Positions 1-10,605 of a DNA stretch of 64,000 nt are shown piece after piece. Location of the stretch: contig JAAPAO010000004.1 of the NCBI GenBank assembly GCA_013115145.1, forward strand, positions 62,001 to 126,000, in the 5' to 3' direction. Every line of letters starts with the position of its first letter. Positions within the stretch are counted from its first letter, which is position 1. The notes beneath the pieces are model-generated. The model saw only the letters and a program-made list of their open reading frames with translations, did not search any database and had not been told where the DNA came from. Both the position numbers and the translations under genes were made by a program. This DNA is from Perkinsus chesapeaki ATCC PRA-425 (lineage: Eukaryota > Protista > Perkinsozoa).

Positions 1-191
1 AATGAAGATGCAAATGCTAATGCAAATTATTTTTATTCTCTCTGGCACCGGTAATGCCGGACTAAAGATATTATGAACGCGTGTGTGTACGTGGAAGTGC
101 AGGACAAACTATCAGTGTTGCTTTGTTATGGGGAGCGGCATGCACTCGTTTGTCCTTCGTTTTCACAGGACTTTTATTAAGATAATCTATC

Positions 192-1007
192 ATGTCCAGC
201 TGCTGGAAAGCATCTTCTCATCTCCTTAATTACCTAGCTTCAACTATCATCTTCATTCTTGGTGGTATTGTACTTGCTACTTGCATTTATCTGTTCATCA
301 CTTATGGCGACCAGCTTATGAAGGAATGGTGGCTTTGGGTGTCTGTGGCGATTGGTGTGGCATTACTTATTGTAGCTCTTGTAGGCTGCATATCAACCTA
401 CAGATACAACCGTTGTCTTCTCTCATTCTACCTCATCTTCAGTGGGGTCTTGCTACTAATACTTCTCGTGGTTTCAATCACTGTTACAGTTTACGGTTCG
501 GCAATTCATTCCCTTCAAGGAGCTAGTAGCGGAAAGTTGTTAGATTTGAAGGGCCAAGAAGCCACCGTTTACAAGATGGTGAGGTCATTCTACTTGAATG
601 TGTATGAAGAAGCCGGATGCAGCGGTGGTGTTTGTCGCTTTAATGACAATGGTCTCACCTGCACCCAGGTTAAATGCACTGTAAAGAAGGTTGGCGATAC
701 TTTCAACTACTGGCTAGAACAAGGTGCGAGAGGCCTAACAACTTCGACCTTTGCTTCTTGTTTGCATGGAACTTCTACCCCACATCCCGGTGCTGCTAGT
801 GCTTGGTGCGTCAGTGATACTACAATCTTAGACATCATTGGAAAATGGGCTTTGACCACATTCATCATCCTATGGGTTGTTACAGCATTTGTATTATTAC
901 TATTCACATCGAATTTGTCCCTTGTTTTCTGTCAGCGGAGAAAGCGGGACCGGGCTCAACCCATTCGTATCCGAACTGCACGAGACTTTCAGTCTGTCAA
1001 AGTATAA
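192..1007 (+). CDS. Tetraspanin-like four-TM membrane protein (intronless, 271 aa)
   Basis: Three N-terminal hydrophobic helices including GCIS...N.CLL..Y, a Cys-rich large extracellular loop, and a fourth helix near the C-terminus. Confidence 0.75.
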   Translation: MSSCWKASSHLLNYLASTIIFILGGIVLATCIYLFITYGDQLMKEWWLWVSVAIGVALLIVALVGCISTYRYNRCLLSFYLIFSGVLLLILLVVSITVTVYGSAIHSLQGASSGKLLDLKGQEATVYKMVRSFYLNVYEEAGCSGGVCRFNDNGLTCTQVKCTVKKVGDTFNYWLEQGARGLTTSTFASCLHGTSTPHPGAASAWCVSDTTILDIIGKWALTTFIILWVVTAFVLLLFTSNLSLVFCQRRKRDRAQPIRIRTARDFQSVKV

Positions 1008-1583
1008 TATCCGATAATGATTTGTTAATATCCTTGAAGGTACTACTCACTTTGTGATTACAACATTACATGCATGATATGAATATCTCAAAGGTATCTA
1101 CTACAGCCTGTGTGCTGATTGTCTGACACTGTTGCGTCTGTCAGTTGTAGGGCATTGGAAGATAGTCCCCTGTGAAATGGTTAATTAAACCACTCAAACT
1201 CAGACTAGTTGTCACGTGTTAAATGAATCCATACGGGACCGTGCTGACGATCGCTCAACTCTTATGTAATTGAGCTCAAGAAGATTCTATGTATTCTCAG
1301 GCTGAGAATATATCGGATCTTCTGGAGCTCACTTAACGTTCCCCTGAGAATCTCAAGCGAACTCTCCAATTTCAACGTTTCTGTCGTGATTACAGTAATA
1401 AGATTACCTCACGAATCAACGCTGTGATGCTCACAAAGCTCAATACTGTATGGTCTTTACTACGACTACCATGTTACATGACGGTCTATGTGTTGGGCGT
1501 ACTCGTCCTGGCTTACCCTGGTATAGGCATGTTTCATGAAGAAGACTAGAGAGGCTTCTGTCAATAAGGTGGTTGCGAACACA

Positions 1584-1628
1584 GGTTAGAATATAGCATT
1601 TCGTCCAACACGTACAATCATATTGTTA
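1584..1628 (+). repeat. 45-bp dispersed direct repeat, copy 1 (partner 9632-9676)
   Basis: ggttagaatatagcatttcgtccaacacgtacaatcatattgtta matches 9632-9676 with 2 mismatches. Confidence 0.9.
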
Positions 1629-2048
1629 AGGTGGAATAGAACGTCTAAACTTGGCCGGATGAGCTAAGAACCATAACAGTTCGTTGTATCGAGGGATAAT
1701 AGAGGACAGACTTTGACGCCGGCTTCAGTTGGTTGGTGTGTAATCTGTATGGTGAAGGCATGCAATGCATCCATTGTGTTGAAGTGTGCATGAAACCGCT
1801 AACTTTACACTGTCGACCAGCAGGCTGATTTGTTTTAGTGAATGTTGCAGTTTTCCAGCCTTAGCCGATTAGCTGCCCTGTTTCGGGCTTGTTTGTGACT
1901 TGATTTTAGCTTTACATTTCTGACAGGAAGAAATCGCACTGAACACAGAAATCTGATCAGGGTAGAAGCTGAACTCCACATTGTGGAATCAGAAATGACC
2001 GAAAAATGTAACAATGAAATAAATTGCTGTCATTTATGTGAAAGCAGC

Positions 2049-2719
2049 CTATCCCACTATGCTCTGAACTGATTGTCCTTCAGGTCCTGTACAGGCAGAC
2101 GGGTCCCTCACGGTCCCTCCTCTTGGTGCACACCGCGCCATCAATACAGTCCTACAAAAAATGTATGCCCGTTTGGACTGGATGGAGCTTCTTACTGAAT
2201 TGGAGGAGCACGTCAAGCCACAGAAAGTGTAGATACACTCTGCATGACCTTTTGGTGGTGTAGGACACAAACTTCCGTCGGTGCAGCGCTTCCCGCACAC
2301 AAATACCCATCGAGGGTCAAGCTGAAAGGACAACGACTGTTTGTTGCTCTTAAGCCAGACCCTACATAACCGAAGAGAACGAGCCCGGGCTCGCACTTGC
2401 ATCCGACTATCTTTTGGCCGTCTGTTTCGCAATGCCCGATATGTTTCTCGTAATACCCACCTAATACTTCCGTATGAGCGGCAAGAGTAGGGATGAATAT
2501 GGTTCAACTCACCATCATTAGTAGGACCTTGGTCGAGAGGGAAGTATCTAACACGGACCTAGCTAGGCATATACCTAGAGGTCTAACATACATATCTTCA
2601 CCTGTATCCTTCTTGATCTTAATGACAGATGGTTCTTTATCTATATGCCCAAATGCGATGGAGTTGAGAACCACGATGAACAGAACGGTACATTTCTGTT
2701 CCTGGAACATGCGGTACAT
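2049..2719 (-). CDS. Possible secreted Cys-rich protein (multi-exon or degenerate)
   Basis: Signal-like VLFIVVLNSIAFG, then Cys-rich segments YYEKHIGHCETD and CGKRCTDGSLCPTPPKGHAECIYTFCGLTC in different frames. Exon structure not resolved. Confidence 0.35.
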
Positions 2720-2945
2720 GTTGTCCTCGAGTAGGAACTATCAATCCTGCAAATGCCCTGCCAAACTTCATTAGGCGCACCCGTGAAAAGAAGCTTTCTC
2801 CACTGTATCAGTCGGTAAAGATGATACGTCTCATTAGCAAGAATCCCAATGGAAGCTGTGGATTATGGCGCGTGCAGCCGCTCCGGCAGAGGCCATGTCT
2901 ACTACGAAGGCAACAAGAGCGGCAATCTCAAATGTCCTACACGAC

Positions 2946-3057
2946 TGTACCACACAATGCCAGAGCTAGGCTATGTTACGCTAGATGTCCCTACTATTAC
3001 TGTGCTACTAATTATAAGTATACGTATTTATCCTTCTAATTGCCCTGTTGCGCTACA
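2946..3057 (+). repeat. 5' LTR of element 1
   Basis: tgtaccacac...cgctaca, identical to 8181-8292. Confidence 0.97.
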
Positions 3058-3059
3058 GG

Positions 3060-3073
3060 TGGTGAAGAACCCG
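3060..3073 (+). promoter_or_regulatory. Candidate primer-binding site of element 1
   Basis: TGGTGAAGAACCCG lies 2 nt after the 5' LTR. Primer tRNA not identified. Confidence 0.5.
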
Positions 3074-3087
3074 TGCTAATTCTCATC

Positions 3088-6000
3088 ATGACCGACGAAG
3101 TTCAGCAACAACGATCTGCGAGACTGCAGGAGCTATTGGGCTTTGACTTGGAGTTGATTCAGTATTTGGAAGACGGTGAACTACAAGATTTACTTAAAGG
3201 ACGAGTTTTAAAAGAACGCTTAGAAGTGCGACAACTAATACGCCTTGTGCGAGGCGATAAGGGCGACAGTGGGAGTAATAGTCAAGACTCTCATGTAGCT
3301 ACTATCGATGGTCAGTCACAAGGTGATGGAGTTTTGTCAACTTCAGGCAAGGCTCATCCTTTAAGCTCTACCGCTAATTCCTCTATCAACTCTTCTGGTT
3401 CTGGTACTGATTCGTCGAGAAGTAGGTTACGAGAGACCGTACAGAAGGAGATCAAAACCAAAGGCTATAAATTGTGGGAAGGCATTAGTGATGAGAGAAG
3501 TTGCCTTGATTATCGTAGTTCGGTTATGGACATAGTGGCTGACTTGGAACCCGATTGTAGAGATGGCACTGACGACGGCGACTGGTTGGAATATTATGTG
3601 ATGCAATACTCTCTAACTGAAGATATTTGGAGGTCAATTCGCCAAGGTGCAGTGACTACGCCCAGTATACTTTGGGAAAGATTATTTGAACACCACCAAT
3701 CTGGTCTGTCATTGAGTACGTGCTTTGAACAGTGGGTTTTTACGAAGCAAGCCTCAGAGCCAATGAAGGACTTTGTCTCAAGGCATGACTCCCTTCTACG
3801 CCAAATGGCAACGTTGTCCTTTAAGGTCCCAGATGAGATACGAATCGCGGTCCTAAGGAACAATTTGAAGGATGAGACTCTACGAGATATGATTGCGGAT
3901 GAATTGGCAAGGGACCCTAAGATTGGATATGCTGCTGTGAGAAGACTCGTCTTAACAAGGGCAACTTTCGAGTCTTCTAATGGTAAGAACAATAACAATA
4001 AGACCAATGGTACGAGTGCCCCATCAAAAACGACAACGGGTAAGAGTACTTCATCTGGAACGACTCAATCTACTAAAGGAAGCGACACAAATAAGAAGAA
4101 TGGTATTTGTTTCCGTTTCCTAAAAGGTCGATGTACTCATGGTGATGATTGTTGGTTCCAGCATATCAATGTCGACCTGAAAAAGCTAACTGCTACATCA
4201 AGTGAACCAGAGACATCAATAACCACACCAGAAAAGAAGGAGGTTAAACCACAATCATCAGCTGCGAAGGGGTTAGTAGTGCGTGAGAAGAGCTCACAGA
4301 TGACGCCCTTGAGCTTTGTACCTTTACTCTCACGGTTTAATTTACTTTGTTTGTTGGATTCTGGTTCTCAACACTCTATGATATCAAGATCAGCTGCTGA
4401 CTATCTTCCGAAGGAGTATGTAAGGTTCAAACTAAATGAGCCACTAGAGTTTTATGCGGCGAATGCACAGACATTCCATGGCACAGAGTGTGTTCGACTC
4501 CCCCTATTCGGTCAAACTACCCCTTTCTTGGTAGTAGATAAGCTACCAACAGGAATTGAAGCGTTGGCGGGAACTGACGTAACCGATAAACTGGTGATTG
4601 ACTATCCAGCCGGAATTGCTCGGCATGTGAACGGTACCGTCGAAAAACTACTTCGACTACCAGATGTACCTTTGTATTACTTGGACTCTCAACCACAAGA
4701 TATTGTCACTGGTGATGCTCAGAGCACTACTTTCTCGGTTTTAGCCAACGTGAACGCTGTCGGTGATGCAGTTGATAGAAGAAGTGGCAAGACAACAACT
4801 TCGTGGCCTGAAATGCACATTATCAGAGATGATGGTTGGCTTCGTATTGGTGTGGTACCGGCAGAAATCGACGATTCAAAGATGGAGTTCATAGCAGAAG
4901 TTGGACCTGAAGTTGTAGAGGCGGCCAAGAGACTAAAACCACGTCCACTCCGTCACCATAAAAAGATGTTACAAGCCGATGATTCGGTTAAAGCCGAAGT
5001 GAAGGTGATCTTAGACGACTTCCTCGACAAAGGCAAGCTTGAAATTATTCCGCCCGAGAAGAGTAGTTTATACCCGATGACTACTACGTCAAACCTCTAT
5101 CCGGTACTTTCCCCAAGAACTAGACCGGTGTTTACAAGCCTACAACTAAATCGTGTCCTCTCATTTTTTGGACGATTGCTTTTTAGACAATGCAAGATAG
5201 AAGAAATCTTCTACCTAATGCGTTCTGCCCCATTGATTGTGCTTCTAGATATAAGCGATGCGTTTATGTCCCTACGGACAGGTGAAAGGCTGAGCAGCCT
5301 TATGACTGTACTCCTTCCCGAAAGCTACCAAAAGGATAGCCAACTGGTAAGAGCACGTGCTCTACGGTGTCTATATGGGTGTAGCCTCTCGCCATGTGTG
5401 CTGGAAGAGTCGGTTAAGTTCATGATTGCTAGGCACGTTGACCAGATAATTCCTACACAAGTGAGATGTAAGGGGGAAACCCCTATGGTTCCCGATATCG
5501 CTGTGAATGACCAGCTACTACCGCTTCCAGATAATCCACTGGCACTATTAGACAGTTCCTGGCCTACTTCAGTTGAAGAGAATTCAGCTGGCGAGGCTAA
5601 GAACTTTATGGATGATTTAAGTTTGTTTTTGAAATTGGTGGATTTAAAGCTAGCTTCGGTGGTCATTTCTAATGTGAATACTGTTGGTGAAAAGTATAGC
5701 CTTCACTTCAAGCCCTCTAAAGTCCAGGTGGTGAATGATCGTGAAGATTCTCATACGTTAGGCATTAATTTCAACGATTATGGTATTTTTATTACTGCCG
5801 ACCCCGCTAAGTGGAAAAAGTTTCGTGAGTTCTCCTGGAGCGAGAAGCCAACTTTACGAGATTGTCTGGGGTTTCTGGGATGCTTAACTACTCTAGAAGA
5901 TCTGCTACCACCACACGTGACCCCTTTTCGTAACCTACTACAATCAATGGTGGGAAAGCAACGACTTATTTCCGTGAAGGAATGCAAAAAACCAGTGAGT

Positions 6001-8091
6001 TACTCACGCTCGTGGGATTTGCCTGCTCCAGATTATGTGGTCCAATGTTGTTCTACATTACAGCAACTAGCATTGACTATGAAACTTCCAAAGGTCCATC
6101 GACTACTTCCAGATAGTGACCCAAAAGTACCACTGGTTGTTCACGTAGATGCGTCTGCGTATATGTTGGGATTTGTTGTTTTTCCAGATGAGAAGTCCGC
6201 CATGGATAGCGATGAAGTTCCTCTATTCAAGCGTCAAATCCTGCTACGTGACGAGCGTTCAAGATCTCTACATATCTCGGTCAAGGAGTTAATGGCGTTG
6301 GTGTATGCAGCCAAGATGATGAGGACGCTTGAACTGTACATTGGACACAAGCTGTTTTTTACCTTACGCTGTGATAATCGAACTGCCATAAAGGTTGCAA
6401 AGACTCACAGGGTATCTGGTGGTTTACATCAAGATCACTATCTACCAATACTTAATCACTGGAAGTTGTTGGAACCTGTTGAAGTTGAGTATATCCCTAC
6501 CGACCAAAATAGAGCAGATGAACTTACCAGGTGTGATGTTTTGAATGAGGCTCTCAAGACTTATTTCACTATCTTCCAATCTGGAACTAACGAAGATGAG
6601 AAGGGTGTGAGTGCGGTGATGACTCGTGCACAAAAACGTGCGCGAGCCTTTGGTAATATAGAGGATGACGATGAAGGTGAAGAGCGGCAACCTGAGCAGT
6701 ACCGAACCCATAATGAAGATCCTAGTATTGAGGAGAACGATGACAATTCAGAAGGTGAAGTGAGCGAACACTCTGATGTGGAAGATACCGCTGATAGTGA
6801 GTGCCTAACTGAACCTAATGGTGAAGAAGTTAACCATGCTGCAGCTGTACAAACAGATGATACTTCTATCCCGTCCACCACCCCTAAGGTACTAGCATTA
6901 GATACTCAACGGCGTCGGATTCTGAACGTTCTTGACGACAAGTCTGACGAGGAAGAAGATGGTAGAAGACGAGTGACTGACGATACCGGCATACTACAAC
7001 GCCAGATATGTTCCTTCTTCCACCATTTTGCACATGACGGAATTATGGCTACTTACTTAAGAGTTACCTTACACTATGTATGGCCCCATGTACGACAAGA
7101 TTGCGCCACCATTGTTGCATCATGTGAGAAGTGCCAGAAGTATAAAACAAGCCCTGGTGACTTGCAATTGAAAGCAAAAGCTGGTCTGAGAAGGCAGGCA
7201 ACAAGACCGTTTGAGAGAGTTGCTATGGATGAAGTGGGGCCGTGGATAGTCACTAATCGAAACCAGCGATTATTTATATTAACCTTGGTTGACGAGTATA
7301 GTTCCTTCCTCTGTACAATTGCGTCAGAGAAGTCTTTTACGTCACGCCAAGTGGTCGAGTTTTTGGCGCAAATAAGTTCCTTATTTGGTGTAACTATATC
7401 TGAGGTGACTTCAGATAATGGTTCAATATTCAAAGCATGCGTTGAGAAGCTACCTAAGAATTCTTTTATGGATTCAACCCAATGGACTTTCAGCCCGATA
7501 AGAGCTCCACAGTTCAATGGTCTTATAGAACGCCAACACAAAGATCTTAATCTGCGTATACGATTATTGGCAGAAGAGCGCAGATTGGATATAGGTGCAA
7601 CTACATTCTCTCCGTTGGACTGGTGTACTCTCGTGGCTGATGCAACACAAGTATGTAACTCACGACCAAGACGGTGCAAGCTCAGTCCTCATCAAGTACT
7701 ACTAACCTATGATCCACCAAATCCATTGGATGGTACAGTCCATATGAGATGCGCTAACAACAACGACGATTGGACTGCTATGAGAGAAAAGCAATCTATG
7801 GATATGGCTGCAAGGCTCCCGGTCTCATCTTCGTCAAATGCTTCTTTATATCCAGGGCAAGCTGTATGGGTACGTATTCCAAAAGAGAAACGTACAAAGC
7901 GGTCAGCTCAGTATGAAGGTCCACTTGTTTTGACCACAAGAAGAGGGAACAATTCTTGGGAATTGGATGATGGATCGGTTAGATCCTCTAGAGACTTGAA
8001 GGCGGTTATCAGGAGTGAGTTACCATTGAGCGATGATTTTGATGATTCCGGCAGTGAAGATTCCTTGAATGAAGCCTCAGATTCAGATTGA
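3088..8091 (+). CDS. Gag-Pol polyprotein of element 1
   Basis: First ATG at 3088 (the ORF track starts upstream at a TTG in the LTR). Motifs: CCCH finger CFRFLKGRCTHGDDCWFQH; protease LLDSGS; RT LLDISDAF, LYGCSLSP, FMDD; RNase H VHVDAS, KELMAL, CDN, ADELTR; integrase HHFAH..CEKC, MDEVG, SDNG, IERQH; GPY/F-like YEGP. Confidence 0.96.
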   Translation: MTDEVQQQRSARLQELLGFDLELIQYLEDGELQDLLKGRVLKERLEVRQLIRLVRGDKGDSGSNSQDSHVATIDGQSQGDGVLSTSGKAHPLSSTANSSINSSGSGTDSSRSRLRETVQKEIKTKGYKLWEGISDERSCLDYRSSVMDIVADLEPDCRDGTDDGDWLEYYVMQYSLTEDIWRSIRQGAVTTPSILWERLFEHHQSGLSLSTCFEQWVFTKQASEPMKDFVSRHDSLLRQMATLSFKVPDEIRIAVLRNNLKDETLRDMIADELARDPKIGYAAVRRLVLTRATFESSNGKNNNNKTNGTSAPSKTTTGKSTSSGTTQSTKGSDTNKKNGICFRFLKGRCTHGDDCWFQHINVDLKKLTATSSEPETSITTPEKKEVKPQSSAAKGLVVREKSSQMTPLSFVPLLSRFNLLCLLDSGSQHSMISRSAADYLPKEYVRFKLNEPLEFYAANAQTFHGTECVRLPLFGQTTPFLVVDKLPTGIEALAGTDVTDKLVIDYPAGIARHVNGTVEKLLRLPDVPLYYLDSQPQDIVTGDAQSTTFSVLANVNAVGDAVDRRSGKTTTSWPEMHIIRDDGWLRIGVVPAEIDDSKMEFIAEVGPEVVEAAKRLKPRPLRHHKKMLQADDSVKAEVKVILDDFLDKGKLEIIPPEKSSLYPMTTTSNLYPVLSPRTRPVFTSLQLNRVLSFFGRLLFRQCKIEEIFYLMRSAPLIVLLDISDAFMSLRTGERLSSLMTVLLPESYQKDSQLVRARALRCLYGCSLSPCVLEESVKFMIARHVDQIIPTQVRCKGETPMVPDIAVNDQLLPLPDNPLALLDSSWPTSVEENSAGEAKNFMDDLSLFLKLVDLKLASVVISNVNTVGEKYSLHFKPSKVQVVNDREDSHTLGINFNDYGIFITADPAKWKKFREFSWSEKPTLRDCLGFLGCLTTLEDLLPPHVTPFRNLLQSMVGKQRLISVKECKKPVSYSRSWDLPAPDYVVQCCSTLQQLALTMKLPKVHRLLPDSDPKVPLVVHVDASAYMLGFVVFPDEKSAMDSDEVPLFKRQILLRDERSRSLHISVKELMALVYAAKMMRTLELYIGHKLFFTLRCDNRTAIKVAKTHRVSGGLHQDHYLPILNHWKLLEPVEVEYIPTDQNRADELTRCDVLNEALKTYFTIFQSGTNEDEKGVSAVMTRAQKRARAFGNIEDDDEGEERQPEQYRTHNEDPSIEENDDNSEGEVSEHSDVEDTADSECLTEPNGEEVNHAAAVQTDDTSIPSTTPKVLALDTQRRRILNVLDDKSDEEEDGRRRVTDDTGILQRQICSFFHHFAHDGIMATYLRVTLHYVWPHVRQDCATIVASCEKCQKYKTSPGDLQLKAKAGLRRQATRPFERVAMDEVGPWIVTNRNQRLFILTLVDEYSSFLCTIASEKSFTSRQVVEFLAQISSLFGVTISEVTSDNGSIFKACVEKLPKNSFMDSTQWTFSPIRAPQFNGLIERQHKDLNLRIRLLAEERRLDIGATTFSPLDWCTLVADATQVCNSRPRRCKLSPHQVLLTYDPPNPLDGTVHMRCANNNDDWTAMREKQSMDMAARLPVSSSSNASLYPGQAVWVRIPKEKRTKRSAQYEGPLVLTTRRGNNSWELDDGSVRSSRDLKAVIRSELPLSDDFDDSGSEDSLNEASDSD

Positions 8092-8168
8092 CTTTATAAT
8101 GTATGAAGCTATTGTTGATATAAGTGCTTTGTATTGTGGACTTGCTCTGTTATTGGTGGTATTTTTAT

Positions 8169-8180
8169 GGGGGGGAAACC
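8169..8180 (+). promoter_or_regulatory. Polypurine tract of element 1
   Basis: gggggggaaacc immediately precedes the 3' LTR. Confidence 0.85.
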
Positions 8181-8292
8181 TGTACCACACAATGCCAGAG
8201 CTAGGCTATGTTACGCTAGATGTCCCTACTATTACTGTGCTACTAATTATAAGTATACGTATTTATCCTTCTAATTGCCCTGTTGCGCTACA
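8181..8292 (+). repeat. 3' LTR of element 1
   Basis: Identical to 2946-3057. Confidence 0.97.
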
Positions 8293-9631
8293 ACGACACA
8301 ACAACTACAAGAATTCCCTTCAACTAGAGCTTAACCTCGACCAAGGAGTCGCAGCTGATTATCAGCAGCTGATATTTTATCAGACGGGTAGAGAAGAATG
8401 TATAGTTGGGCAGTGGAACGCACCGTTTTGATGGAGCTCCCTGGAGCTGCTGAACTGCAAGCGTCACCTATGCTCAAACTTACGCTGCGGCTGGACCAGC
8501 AACTCAAACCAGATCAGTGCATTATCTACAAGCAATGATTTGACTACACCTCATGATTATACTCCATAGAGCCGCCAACATGGAAGACACGCCTGTCGGA
8601 GGCTGGCACTCACGGTGAATGAGTCACCCAGTGACTATCTACGGAACGTTATCTTAGCTACGTCTATCGTATCTTCTGTTTCTGGGTCATCCTTATCGAG
8701 TGTATGCGCCGAATTTGAAGTTCCTGAGTTCGAAATCGCTTCCACTCAAGTTCAGAAATTGGAATTCCTAGACAATTGTGGCGAAATTGAAGTTCCTAAA
8801 CGAGAATCTCAACCTACGTTTCGTTCGCCCGTCGAGATCGGAGTTGCTATTATCGGAATAGGGGTTGAAAAGGTGTAGCAAAAACGGTGCATTCCTACAA
8901 CTCTTTATCTGGATACTCTCTTCTGTCAAACGCTTACTTATTTGGCCTGGCATAGATGTTGGGTGCAACGATATAAACTCTTTGGCACTGTGAATTCAAG
9001 GATGATAACCAACAGCTACTAGTCGATTGCAAACGGGCCGTTTAAAAAGACCAAACCGGTCAGTCGGCCTTCCTTTTAGATTTGTGTGAGGCTGTGAAGC
9101 AGTCGCAATTTTTTTGCGAGAAACTATACTTCAGATCAGAAGATTGTGGTGTCGCACCTCCGGACCTTTGCGTTTTGGTAGTTGACAACTAATAGCTATG
9201 CAAAGGCTCTCGGTTGTGTCGGTGGATTCTGCTAGGTGTAGTAGGACAGTGACTAGTGAGTAGTTGCACTCTATTGATGGATATATGTTGAGGTGATTAT
9301 AGTTATCAGTCACTCGAGCGACTTATCTTATTTCAGGGTCTTCTGCTTGTGGAGATATGGTGAACGTGACGGTTTCTTGCTTGGCGACATTGCATATATC
9401 TGTCTCAGCGCTAGTATTATATTATTAGTGGTGCTAGTAGAATATGCCCCGAATTGAGCTCAACTTCTTACGAGACTGAAAGAATAGTGTGAAGTGAGCT
9501 AAGTATGGGGTTAAAACATTCGAGCCCATACTCAGTTAATCTGTGGGTACAATTCTGCTCTCGGTATAACACCAAAATTGTATGTGTCTTATCAATCGGG
9601 TTACACGTGCCAACCTAATGATGGGACATCT

Positions 9632-9676
9632 GGTTAGAATATAACATTTCGTCCAACACGTACGATCATATTGTTA
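9632..9676 (+). repeat. 45-bp dispersed direct repeat, copy 2
   Basis: Matches 1584-1628. Confidence 0.9.
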
Positions 9677-10332
9677 CTGTGAAATACAACTTAGCCGGAA
9701 TCCGGCCATACATTGAATGTATGAGCCTTTCAGACTGTGTGTGTTGTATTGCAGATTATGAATTGCCATCGATAGCCTATCAGGCTTCTGAGTTTACCCG
9801 GCTGGGACACAACACAACGTTTGCCAGAAAAAGGAATAAGTTAGGGGTCAAAGATATCAGTCATACTCGGCGTGCCCATCATACATGGGCCCGGGAATCA
9901 CCTTCCTTGCCCTCCCTCAGTCATATTTGAAATATGACTGATGAAGTGCAAGAAAGGATGAGCGTCGTAACCCGCCCGGCAGTCCGGCAATTGCCTCACT
10001 GTGAGGTACCCGGCTCTGCCCGGCAAAGTCGGGGCGGCCCGCGAGAGTGCCCGGCGATGCCCGGGTGGTGTCTGCGGCCCCCTCTAGTCAATCGTGTTGT
10101 TACTGTACTATTACTAACCGTCTGTTAGCCTTACAGTGCTACTGAGTAACTGTTACTTCAGTAAGTCTACGACTGTAAGTCCTGCGCTTAAAACGCAGGG
10201 TTTTGAGGCCCTCGTAAGTTACGAGTGCGGCAGCCTTTTGCTATGTAAACTGTGACTGATGCAGTCATGAAGCACTCTGCTCTGATACGTTTCTCAGGAA
10301 AACCTAGTCTTATGTAACACAAGTTATGTTGC

Positions 10333-10605
10333 TCGGATAATTGATGCGTGAATCGGATAATTGAATTCCGGTCATAAGTTCTCTGCGACATTGAAAATGG
10401 TGTATCGGATATTTGATGATGGTCGGATAATTGAGATGCACGAATCGGTCGGATATAAGAGCGCGCGCATCCGGATATTTGGGTGCGGTTTTTCGGATCT
10501 TCTTCGTGATCGAATCGGATAATTGAGTGCGGGTCGGATAATTTAATGATTTTCCGGATATTTGATGCGCGCCAGTCGGATATAAGAGTGCGCGAGTCGG
10601 AAAGA
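10333..10605. repeat. Array of about 12 (T/C)CGGATA motifs
   Basis: Motif at about 10333, 10353, 10405, 10423, 10449, 10471, 10493, 10515, 10534, 10554, 10576 and 10597, mostly 18-22 bp apart with variable spacers. Two copies are degenerate. Confidence 0.8.

Larger units (their letters stand above)
2946..8292 (+). mobile_element. LTR retrotransposon 1, Ty3/Gypsy domain order, intact
   Basis: Identical 112-bp TG...CA LTRs, 5-bp TSD ACGAC (2941-2945 and 8293-8297), PPT before the 3' LTR, and a single gag-PR-RT-RH-IN ORF. Confidence 0.97.
2849..8431 (+). pseudogene. Short ORF split by LTR element 1 (halves 2849-2945 and 8298-8431)
   Basis: Removing the element and one ACGAC copy joins MEAVDYG...LKCPTR to HNNYKNSLQ...QWNAPF* in frame. 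Product unknown. Confidence 0.5.

Noticed and set aside
3594-7679. Antisense ORFs within element 1, and similar short ORFs opposite other genes
   Set aside because: Shadow frames of long coding regions, with no motifs or independent support.
9934-10128. ORF starting MTDEVQ like the element-1 Gag
   Set aside because: Similarity ends after six residues and there is no further nucleotide alignment.
10333-10605. CRISPR-like array
   Set aside because: The repeats are only 6-10 bp with spacers of about 10 bp, there are no cas genes, and the context is eukaryotic.
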